Shown here: piece by piece, positions 26,967 to 34,638 of the stretch
Numbering within the stretch: the first letter of the stretch is position 1
Layout of the letters: the number at the start of each line of letters is the position of its first letter
Assembly: GCA_039800465.1 (NCBI GenBank)
Contig: JBDLQQ010000140.1
Location: forward strand, 1 to 42,027
Direction: 5' to 3'
Length of the DNA: 42,027 bases
Source of the DNA: Verrucomicrobiota bacterium
GTDB taxonomy: Bacteria; Verrucomicrobiota; Verrucomicrobiia; Limisphaerales; UBA9464
Made by a program: the position numbers and the translations under genes
Notes under the pieces: generated by a model
Database searches by the model: none
What the model was told of the DNA's origin: nothing
The model's input: only the letters and a program-made list of their open reading frames with translations

Positions 26967-27797
26967 TCAGGCCGGTCGAGGATGGCCCGGATCGAGAGGC
27001 CAGCGCGACTCGTAATAGGTCCCGATGTAGTGCCAGAACGAGGCGATGAAGCAGTGGTAGGGCATCTTTCCGAGGAGGGCGTGGAGCAGGAGCTTGGCCG
27101 AGTGGCTGCAGACCACCGACACCCGGGGTCGGGGCAGGACGATCAGCTTCCGGCCTGCCCGGTAGTCGATGCGCCCCTTGTTGAAGAAGTAGGCCGCCCC
27201 GCGCTGGGACCGGTAGTACACGGTGGCCGCGTGGACGATGGCGAGCGTCCACCCCGCTCGGATCGCCCAGACATACCATTCGTAGTCTTCCGAGGCCTCG
27301 GCCAGCTCGTCGAAGGACCGGCCCGACCAGACGCTCCTGCGGTAGATGCAGTTGGGATTGCCTGCGCCGATGCCGAAACCGCCCGCGAAATCATCCCCAT
27401 GGAAGAGGGTGACTCCTGCGCCCATGGCGGCATCGAGATCCGAATAGAGCATGGGGCCCGCCGCGGCCGCCAGATCCTCCGGGAACCTCCGGATGGCCCG
27501 CCGGTAGATGCCCAGGAGATCGTCGGGACCCGGGATGCAGTGGGAGCTCAGGGACAGGATCCAGTCGTTCCGCGCAACCGCGAAACCGCGGTTCAGGGAC
27601 CTCCCGTACGTGAACTCTCCGCTGGCGATGTGGACGATCCGGGCTCCGGCCTGCTCGGCGATCCGGACGGTGTCGTCGGTGGATCCGGAGTCGACCACGA
27701 TCAACTCGTCCCCGTCCTCCCGCCGGAGCCTCGAAAGCACCAGCGGCAGTGTCGCTGACGAGTTCTTGGTCCGGATCACGATTGAGATCCCGTTCAT
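26967..27797 (-). CDS. family 2 glycosyltransferase
   Basis: ISIVIRTKNSSATL...LIVVDSGSTDDT is the GT-A N-terminal signature, including the DxD-like region. Confidence 0.8.
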   Translation of the reverse strand: MNGISIVIRTKNSSATLPLVLSRLRREDGDELIVVDSGSTDDTVRIAEQAGARIVHIASGEFTYGRSLNRGFAVARNDWILSLSSHCIPGPDDLLGIYRRAIRRFPEDLAAAAGPMLYSDLDAAMGAGVTLFHGDDFAGGFGIGAGNPNCIYRRSVWSGRSFDELAEASEDYEWYVWAIRAGWTLAIVHAATVYYRSQRGAAYFFNKGRIDYRAGRKLIVLPRPRVSVVCSHSAKLLLHALLGKMPYHCFIASFWHYIGTYYESRWPLDPGHPRPA

Positions 27798-28076
27798 GGG
27801 TGCATCCAGGTGGGCGAGGGCATCGACCCTCTGGATCCGAGTGTGGTTCGCATCGGCCTTCGGTGTCCAGACCGTGGGGCGTAGGGGGCGTGGACCCCAT
27901 GCGGAAGGCCTCGCATCTTGGGGCTGGGCATTTGGCGAATGGCGGCGGTCCAGGACCTTGCGTTGGTCCGGAAAACGGCCCCGGCACCTGCCGTTCCAGC
28001 ACCGGGACGGGTTGGGACTTGCCTCGGTGCATCCGTGCAGCCAGCGTCGACACGCCCCGTGGAACCCGGAACCGAG

Positions 28077-28961
28077 ATGCCGCAGAACCCCTCACGCGAG
28101 ACCCCGATCGGCTATGTGGATGGCCATCCCTTCGATCGATGCGGACTGGCCGCCATCTCCGACCTGGAGCATCCGGAATGGCGCGAGATCTTCTCGGGCC
28201 TTGAACAGGTCCAGCGGGAGTTCCTGTCCCACGAGGCGGCGTTCCGCAGCCCGGAGTATGCCTGGCCCAGGGATCCACTGCACAACTGGAGCCGCTGTTG
28301 GGAGTACCCGTATGTACAACGGCAGCTGGCCCGGTTCCGGTCTTCGGCCCCGGCGGATGCACGCCTGAAGGCCGCGGATCTCGGCAGTGGCGTCACCTTC
28401 TTCCCATTCGCCGCGGCCCGCCTCGGCTACGACGTGGTCTGTGTCGACACCGACCCGATCTGCCGCACGGATCTCTCGAGGGCCATCCCGCTGGTGGGTG
28501 CGGGCCGCGGGAGCGTGGAGTTCCGGCTCATCGAGGGATCGCGGCTACCCCTCGCCGACGGCGAGCTGGATCTCGTGTTCTGCGTCAGCGTGCTGGAGCA
28601 CATCCCGGATCTGGCGGGCACCGTCCGGGAGATCGTCCGGGTGCTCCGTCCCGGTGGGACGCTGGTTCTGACCCTGGACCTGGATCTCCGGGGGGATCAG
28701 GAGATCGGGGTTGCCCCCTACAAACGACTGCTACGCGAGTTGGATCGACATTTCACCCTGGGACTTCCCGAGATCTGTACCCACCCGGCCGACATCCTCA
28801 AGACCCAGGATGGTCCCTACCCGTGGCCGGTGCGGACGGGATTCGAGAAGTATCAGTTCCTGCTGAAGCAGAACGTCATCAAGCCGATCTTCGGACGGAA
28901 ACCGAAACCGCTGGTCCCCTTCTACCTCTCCGTGAAGGGGTTCACGCTGCTCCGCAGGTAG
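28077..28961 (+). CDS. class I SAM-dependent methyltransferase (Methyltransf_11-like)
   Basis: AADLGSGVTFFPF...DVVCVDTD (motif I/II) and DLVFCVSVLEHIPDLAGTVREIVRVLRPGGTLVLT. ATG 28077 was chosen over the ORF-track start 27918. Confidence 0.75.
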   Translation: MPQNPSRETPIGYVDGHPFDRCGLAAISDLEHPEWREIFSGLEQVQREFLSHEAAFRSPEYAWPRDPLHNWSRCWEYPYVQRQLARFRSSAPADARLKAADLGSGVTFFPFAAARLGYDVVCVDTDPICRTDLSRAIPLVGAGRGSVEFRLIEGSRLPLADGELDLVFCVSVLEHIPDLAGTVREIVRVLRPGGTLVLTLDLDLRGDQEIGVAPYKRLLRELDRHFTLGLPEICTHPADILKTQDGPYPWPVRTGFEKYQFLLKQNVIKPIFGRKPKPLVPFYLSVKGFTLLRR

Positions 28962-28991
28962 GATCCCTGTGGCGGACCCGTGCGGGATGGC

Positions 28992-30164
28992 TCAGGCCTC
29001 GCCGGGGAGCTGGGTGAGGTGTCTCGGGAGGGGGCGTCCCTCGAGGCAGCACCGATAGAACTCGAGCGTCCGTGCCACACCGACCTCGAGCGAGAAGCGG
29101 GTCTCGGCAATCTGCCTCCCGGAACGCCCCATGCGGCCCCGCAGTTGCGGATCCCGGAGCAGGCGGACGACCTGTCGGGCGATCTCCTCGGGATGGGCCG
29201 GGTCCGCCAGGAGGCCAGCGACTTCCGAGGGCACGATCTCTGGACCACAGGTGAGACGACTGCCGACGACTGGGATGCCCGAGGCCATGGCCTCGGCCCA
29301 GACATTGCCAAACGACTCGAGCACACTCGGCATCGCGAACAGCGCCGATCGGCGCATCAGCCGGGCCAGGCGGGCCTGCGGCATGGGATAGGACAGCACG
29401 ACCCGGTCCCGGACGGCATCGTCGAGGGTCGCTTCAAGATCCGGGATCTTCTCGAATTCCCTGCCGGTCACGTGGAGACGGGCTTCCGGGCATTCCCGAA
29501 GGAACAGGTTCGCGGCCCTCAGGAGGCTCAGGACCCCCTTGCGCTGCATCAGAGTGCCCGCATAGAGCACCCGGTAGGGATCCACCTGTTCCGGGTCCGT
29601 CTCGGGGTGGAACAGGGACAGGTCGACGGGATTGTAGACGACGGTGGCGCGTTCCGGGCGGGCGCCGGTGATCCGGAGCCACTCGTCCATGAACCATCGG
29701 GAGACGCCGATCCAATTCGGGATGGTGCGGAGGATCCGGAACTCGAGCTTCTCCCAATGGGGATAGCGCTTGGCGAGACCATGGAGACGGTGGCTGATCC
29801 TGGGGCCGTGGTTCCTGAGCACGTCGACCACACCGGGGATGGCTTTCCAGAAGAGGCCCTCGTAGTCGGGCCACTCCACGATGTCGACCCCGGGGCCGGC
29901 CTTCAGGCGGCACAGTTCCCTGTGGATGGCCAGACGCCGGAGGTCATGGCGTCGGAAGAAGGGCCGATACCAGGTCGAATAGGCCCGTGTGAGGGGACGC
30001 ACCTCCACGCCGGGGAGGTTCCAGTGATGGTCCTCCTCGTAGACGCCCACCACCGTCACCGAGTGGCCCTCGCGGGCGAGTCCTCGCGCCAGGGTCGCCA
30101 CGGCAGGCCCGATGCCCCCGGCGCTCGCCGGAGGCAGCTCATTGCAGACGAAGACGATTCTCAT
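28992..30164 (-). CDS. GT-B fold glycosyltransferase (family 4-like)
   Basis: MRIVFVCNELPPASAGGIGPAVATLARGLAREGHSVTVV is the GT4 N-terminal domain. The C-terminal block is PS.LESFGNV.AEAMASGIPVVGS. Confidence 0.85.
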   Translation of the reverse strand: MRIVFVCNELPPASAGGIGPAVATLARGLAREGHSVTVVGVYEEDHHWNLPGVEVRPLTRAYSTWYRPFFRRHDLRRLAIHRELCRLKAGPGVDIVEWPDYEGLFWKAIPGVVDVLRNHGPRISHRLHGLAKRYPHWEKLEFRILRTIPNWIGVSRWFMDEWLRITGARPERATVVYNPVDLSLFHPETDPEQVDPYRVLYAGTLMQRKGVLSLLRAANLFLRECPEARLHVTGREFEKIPDLEATLDDAVRDRVVLSYPMPQARLARLMRRSALFAMPSVLESFGNVWAEAMASGIPVVGSRLTCGPEIVPSEVAGLLADPAHPEEIARQVVRLLRDPQLRGRMGRSGRQIAETRFSLEVGVARTLEFYRCCLEGRPLPRHLTQLPGEA

Positions 30165-30266
30165 GGGCGTGCTGGATCTCCCGTGGGGGTGCAAAACTCG
30201 ACCAATGCCCACCCCACGGGCAATCCCGAAGGGCATCTCATCCGCTGGTCGTCCCGAGGCGCCCGA

Positions 30267-30905
30267 TCATTCGCGGACGGCGATGTAGGACTTCGGGAGG
30301 ATCCAGAGGATGCGTTCGGTGAGGATCTGGCAGTCCGGGAAGAGGGATCCGAATTCACGCCGGGACAGGAGACGGGTGTTGTCGAGGATGTCCCGCATGG
30401 ATGCGGAGTTCGGCCCGTCGATCCAGGCCCTTGGGGACAGGTATTTCCGGGCGACATATCCCATGCGGCCCGGGATCCAGTGGAGTCCGAGGCAGAGCAG
30501 GTGGGGTTCGAACGGACACTCCAGCGCCGGGGTCTGGACCCAGACCTTCCGTCCAACTCGGCGGACCTCGCCAGCGAAGGCGGCCTGCCGATCGGCTCCC
30601 CCGACGTGTTCGATGACGGAGTTCGAGAACGAAATGTCGAACGAGCTGTCCGGATAGGACAGCGCACATCCGTCACCCGCGACCTGGCTGACGTTGGGCA
30701 GGCCCGAGCGGTCGCTCTCGCCCGCCTCGCCGGGGTTGATGCAGACGATGCTTCCGAAGGCCGGGGCACGTTCGTACCAGTTCCACCAGTAGCCTCCGAC
30801 ATCGACGAGGGAGCAGCCCGGCCCCGGCTTCACCGCTGCCAGGAACCACTGGAACCGGCGCACGCGCCAGAGCCTGAAGGCAAGCCGGTACAGGTCATGG
30901 ATCAT
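30267..30905 (-). CDS. SAM-dependent methyltransferase (type 11-like)
   Basis: SLVDVGG...(motif I-like) and LSYPDSSFDISFSNSVIEHVGG. ATG 30905 was chosen and the upstream 46 codons rejected. Confidence 0.6.
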   Translation of the reverse strand: MIHDLYRLAFRLWRVRRFQWFLAAVKPGPGCSLVDVGGYWWNWYERAPAFGSIVCINPGEAGESDRSGLPNVSQVAGDGCALSYPDSSFDISFSNSVIEHVGGADRQAAFAGEVRRVGRKVWVQTPALECPFEPHLLCLGLHWIPGRMGYVARKYLSPRAWIDGPNSASMRDILDNTRLLSRREFGSLFPDCQILTERILWILPKSYIAVRE

Positions 30906-31076
30906 GGGACTTGGGACGATGCTGGGGGCGACACCACCTCTTGGGGCCCCCGGCGGCCTTCCTGTCGCCGAGGAACTACCAACTTGGCATGCACCGGGCA
31001 AACGCGGATTCCAGCGTATCGACCGTCGAGCTAGGATCGACACTCCGAGGGCATTGCGGATCCGAAGGGTTGGGCA

Positions 31077-32294
31077 TCACCGATTGTGAGGCCCCGGCTG
31101 CTGCGGGGACTTCTCTGCCGGGCGATGGCCGGGCGACCGGTTCGCGGGATCAATGGTTCCCAAGGCTTCGGCAAGCCGTTCAAGGAAGCGGTCCAAGGTG
31201 TACCGCTTTTCGTACCGTTCCCGAAGCTGTCGACCCTGGTCGCCTGGAACGGACTCCATCAGGCCCCGTGAGAGCGCCACCGGGTCCCGGGGTTCCACCA
31301 GCCAGGCGAGCCTGTCGGGCAGCATCTCCGGGATGCCCCGCCAGCGGGTGGCCACGATCTGCATCCCATGGGCCATGGCCTCGACGAGGCTGAGGGGATG
31401 GGTCTCGAAGGCGTAGTAGCTTGGGAAGAGCAGGATGTCGGAAGCGAGCATCATGGCATGCTTGTCGGGGCCCTTCAGGAATCCGACATGCCGCACGCTT
31501 CCGGCATGCTCCGGTGATGCCACCAGATCGTGGAAACGCCGCTCGGTCGCGGAGTCGGGAAACCCGCCGGCGACGCTCAGCCGGAACTGCAACCGTGATC
31601 CGCTGGTCCGGCATTCGGCATTGGCATGACGCACCGCCTCAACGGCGTCGAAGAGTCCCTTGTCCTCCGAGCACAGGGCGAGGAAGAGGACCTCCACGGT
31701 GCCTCCCTGTGAACGCAGCCGTTGGAGCCGGTCACGACGGCGTTCCCAGTCCCCGATGTGGAAGTCCGGGCAGGGATCGAGCACGGCGTTGTTGACCACC
31801 TCCACCCGCCTCGATTCGAGCTGGACCGCATCCTTGCGGAGCACCTCCGCCAGGACGAGTGACAGTTCTGGTCTACCCAGGAGGCGTCGGGAAATGGCGC
31901 GCTCGGCTGGTGTTGCCGAGGTCTCGATCCAGTCGCCGAGCCCCGCAGAGTGCCAGTGGTAGATCAGGTTCGGGAAGGCGCCGCGGAGCAGGGCGAGGGC
32001 GATCCAATCCCGATAGAGGGGTACGCGTCGTGGAGGGCTGGGGACGTAGTAGAGGGATTGGATCCCATTCTCCCGTCCGAGACGGCGCGCCTCCCTGCAG
32101 TACCGGAGGAGCCGGGGAATCTTGCCACCGCGGGCTGTCCCGACATCCTGGAGGTCACCCGAGAGTCGCGCATCCACGTGGTGGATCCCGATGCCCAGAT
32201 CCGCCCGCCGCCGCAGCCCGTCCACGATGTACTGCACCATCTGGCTCTGACCATGGTGAGGAGGCGGGACGTGCGCGAAGACCAGCAGGTTCAT
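31077..32294 (-). CDS. GT-B fold glycosyltransferase (family 4-like)
   Basis: MNLLVFAHVPPPHHGQSQMV...; the C-terminal block is FPSYYAFETHPLSLVEAMAHGMQIVATRWRGIPE. The ORF-track extension to 32375 runs into a terminator and was rejected. Confidence 0.75.
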   Translation of the reverse strand: MNLLVFAHVPPPHHGQSQMVQYIVDGLRRRADLGIGIHHVDARLSGDLQDVGTARGGKIPRLLRYCREARRLGRENGIQSLYYVPSPPRRVPLYRDWIALALLRGAFPNLIYHWHSAGLGDWIETSATPAERAISRRLLGRPELSLVLAEVLRKDAVQLESRRVEVVNNAVLDPCPDFHIGDWERRRDRLQRLRSQGGTVEVLFLALCSEDKGLFDAVEAVRHANAECRTSGSRLQFRLSVAGGFPDSATERRFHDLVASPEHAGSVRHVGFLKGPDKHAMMLASDILLFPSYYAFETHPLSLVEAMAHGMQIVATRWRGIPEMLPDRLAWLVEPRDPVALSRGLMESVPGDQGRQLRERYEKRYTLDRFLERLAEALGTIDPANRSPGHRPAEKSPQQPGPHNR

Positions 32295-32373
32295 CCGTGG
32301 ATCCAATCCCTGGAGGGTGGTTGTGAAGAGGGCAGGGATGCAAGGCGGCCGGCCACCTCGGCGCGGTCCGGAC

Positions 32374-32403
32374 AAAAAAAAAGTGCGCCGCGAGGCGCAC
32401 TTT
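32374..32403 (-). terminator. strong rho-independent terminator after the PEP-CTERM gene
   Basis: The minus strand reads AAAGUGCGCC-UCGC-GGCGCACUUU followed by a U run (9 T in total; 9 A at 32374-32382 on the plus strand). It lies 21 nt after the stop at 32424-32426. Confidence 0.85.
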
Positions 32404-32423
32404 GGAGAGTTGCTGGATCCCGA

Positions 32424-33068
32424 TCAGCCCTTGCGGGAGCGGGAGGCCATGGCCATCAGGCCGACCAGCCCGAGACCGGCGAGGGCCCAGGTGCTCGGCT
32501 CAGGAACAGCGGTGATGGTGGCCTGGAAGACCGGGAGCACACCACCTTCCGTCGAGCGCTTCTCCCAAATGCCGGCCGCACCGGACCAGATGCCCTGAGC
32601 GGAACCCACGGCCGGGTTGGAACCCGGGAGATAGAGCCCCGCCTTGTTGCCGGCGACACCCGAACCCGCGAATGAGACGGTGTAGGTCAGGGTGTTCGGA
32701 ATCTGGTTGTCAGAGGAGAACGGGAAGGGAACCGTGACACTGCCGCCGCCGTTCAGGACGTCCAGAGGACCGCTCGACCAGAGCTGGGTTCCAGGGGCGC
32801 CGCCCGTTCCGTTGTTCGAGTAGATCTTCAGGGTCAGGCCACCGTTCAGACCGTAATTCGAGTAGTAGGGAACCGTGAGGGAGGAAATGGTCCAAGCCCC
32901 GGAAGGATTGCTGGGGAAGGACACCTGGTTGCCGTACTCGGTACCGGAGGTGCTGTTGTAGAAGTTGTTGGCCCCGGGTGCCACGTAGTAGATCGTGTCC
33001 GCGGAAGCGGAAGCGATCGCGACAACGGAGGCGACCACGGCGAGCGAAGTGCGGTTCAGCGCGTTCAT
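32424..33068 (-). CDS. PEP-CTERM sorting-domain secreted protein
   Basis: Signal MNALNRTSLAVVASVVAIASASA. The mature region is rich in Gly/Ser/Asn/Thr/Tyr. The C-terminus VPEPSTWALAGLGLVGLMAMASRSRKG has the PEP motif, a TM helix and a basic tail. Confidence 0.85.
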   Translation of the reverse strand: MNALNRTSLAVVASVVAIASASADTIYYVAPGANNFYNSTSGTEYGNQVSFPSNPSGAWTISSLTVPYYSNYGLNGGLTLKIYSNNGTGGAPGTQLWSSGPLDVLNGGGSVTVPFPFSSDNQIPNTLTYTVSFAGSGVAGNKAGLYLPGSNPAVGSAQGIWSGAAGIWEKRSTEGGVLPVFQATITAVPEPSTWALAGLGLVGLMAMASRSRKG

Positions 33069-33122
33069 GTTCAGAGGATGCTTTGGGTTTATGACTCGAT
33101 TTTTCGACTCAAATCTTGCCGG

Positions 33123-33152
33123 AGTAAACAAGGGCAATAGGGGGGTGGTCAA
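33123..33152 (-). promoter_or_regulatory. candidate sigma70-like promoter of the PEP-CTERM gene
   Basis: Minus strand: TTGACC (33152-33147), an 18-nt spacer, then TTTACT (33128-33123). It sits in a locally AT-richer spacer about 55 nt upstream of ATG 33068. Confidence 0.3.
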
Positions 33153-33202
33153 GTGGTAAATGCTGGGCACTGAGGTTCTTAGCCCGGCCAACCGATCGAG
33201 TC

Positions 33203-34636
33203 TCAGGCCAGGAGTCCGCGGACGACTTCACCCGCGACGTCGGTCAGTCGGAAGTCCCTGCCCTGGAATCGGTAGGTGAGCTTCTCGTGGTCGAATCCCA
33301 GCTGATGCAGGAGCGTGGCGTGGAAGTCATGGACATGCACCCGATCCTTGACCGCATTGAAGCCGAGTTCGTCGGTCTCGCCCCAGGTCAGTCCCGGACG
33401 GAACCCCCCCCCGGCGACCCAGTAGCTGAACCCATTGGGATGATGATCCCGTCCATCGTTCCCACCCTGGACCATGGGGGTGCGGCCGAATTCTCCCCCC
33501 CAGATCACGATCGTGTCCTCGAGGAGTCCCCGTTGCTTGAGGTCGGCCACCAGGGCGGCGCTGGCCCGGTCCGTGGCGGCACAGTTGCGCTTGAGGTCGG
33601 CCGACAGGTTGCCGTGCTGGTCCCACGACTCGTGGAAGATCTGGACGAACCGGACGCCGCGTTCCACGAGTCGTCGGGCGAGGAGGCAGGCGTTGGCGAA
33701 GGTCGGCCTGCCGGGGTCGGCCCCGTAGGCCTCGCGGACCGACTGGGGCTCCCGTCCAAGATCCATCACCTCCGGGGCCACCCCCTGCATCCGATAGGCC
33801 ATCTCGAAGGCGTCGATGCGGGCCGCGATCTCCGGGTCCCCAACCCTCCCCAGGTGGAGGCTGTTCAGCCGGTTGACGGTCTCGACCGTGTCCTGTTGGA
33901 GCGGCCCGTCCACGCCCTTCGGGTTCGACAGGTAGAGGACGGGGTCGCCGCCTGTCCGGAACAGCGTGCCATTGTGGACCGTGGGCAGGAACCCGCAGCC
34001 CCAGTTGGAGGCACCCCCGCTGGTGCCCTTGTCACCGGTGCTGAAGACGACATAGGAGGGCAGGTCGGAACTCTCGGATCCCAGCCCGTAGCTGGTCCAT
34101 GCCCCCAGGCTGGGGCGTCCGAACTGCTGGGACCCCGTGTTCATGAAGATCTGTGCCGGCGCGTGGTTGAACGCATCGGTCTGCATGGACCGGATCAGCG
34201 TGATGTCGTCGGCGACCCGGGCGAGATTCGGGAGCAGCTCCGAGATCTGCATCCCGCTGTTCCCGTGGCGCGCGAACTTGAACTTCGGTCCCAACAGCGT
34301 GCTGCTCGGGTTGATGAAGGCCGCCCGGTACCCCTTGAGGAGTTCCGCAGGAGGGATGGTGCCGTTGAACTTCTCCAGCTGGGGCTTGTAGTCGAACAGT
34401 TCCAGATGGCTGGGTGCGCCGGCCATGAACAGGTAGATCACCCGTTTGGCCCTCGGGGCGTGGTGCGGCGCCCGGATCCGGCCCCCAGAGACTCCCGCGG
34501 CGGCCACCTTGTCGGCCAGCAGGCCATGCAGGGCGATGGTGCCGAGGCCGACACCGCAGTCCTTGAAGAACCAGCGGCGGGTCATCTGCTGCTGGTGGGA
34601 CCTCGACGCGTGTTGGAGGGAGGTGAGTCGGTTCAT
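33203..34636 (-). CDS. DUF1501 domain protein (sulfatase-like fold), Tat-exported
   Basis: Tat leader MTRRWFFKDCGVGLG. Blocks: RVIYLFMAGAPSHLELFDYKP, IVIWGGEFGRTP, GRDHHP. ATG 34636 lies 2 nt after the upstream stop. The ORF-track extension to 35761 overlaps the upstream gene and was rejected. Confidence 0.85.
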   Translation of the reverse strand: MNRLTSLQHASRSHQQQMTRRWFFKDCGVGLGTIALHGLLADKVAAAGVSGGRIRAPHHAPRAKRVIYLFMAGAPSHLELFDYKPQLEKFNGTIPPAELLKGYRAAFINPSSTLLGPKFKFARHGNSGMQISELLPNLARVADDITLIRSMQTDAFNHAPAQIFMNTGSQQFGRPSLGAWTSYGLGSESSDLPSYVVFSTGDKGTSGGASNWGCGFLPTVHNGTLFRTGGDPVLYLSNPKGVDGPLQQDTVETVNRLNSLHLGRVGDPEIAARIDAFEMAYRMQGVAPEVMDLGREPQSVREAYGADPGRPTFANACLLARRLVERGVRFVQIFHESWDQHGNLSADLKRNCAATDRASAALVADLKQRGLLEDTIVIWGGEFGRTPMVQGGNDGRDHHPNGFSYWVAGGGFRPGLTWGETDELGFNAVKDRVHVHDFHATLLHQLGFDHEKLTYRFQGRDFRLTDVAGEVVRGLLA

Positions 34637-34638
34637 GG

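Noticed and set aside
27799-28034. The 9-mer GGTGCATCC occurs twice (27799-27807 and 28026-28034) in the divergent GT2/methyltransferase spacer. It could be an operator pair.
   Set aside because: It is a single short repeat pair about 230 nt apart with no dyad symmetry. It is likely chance, and I cannot evaluate significance without genome-wide counts.
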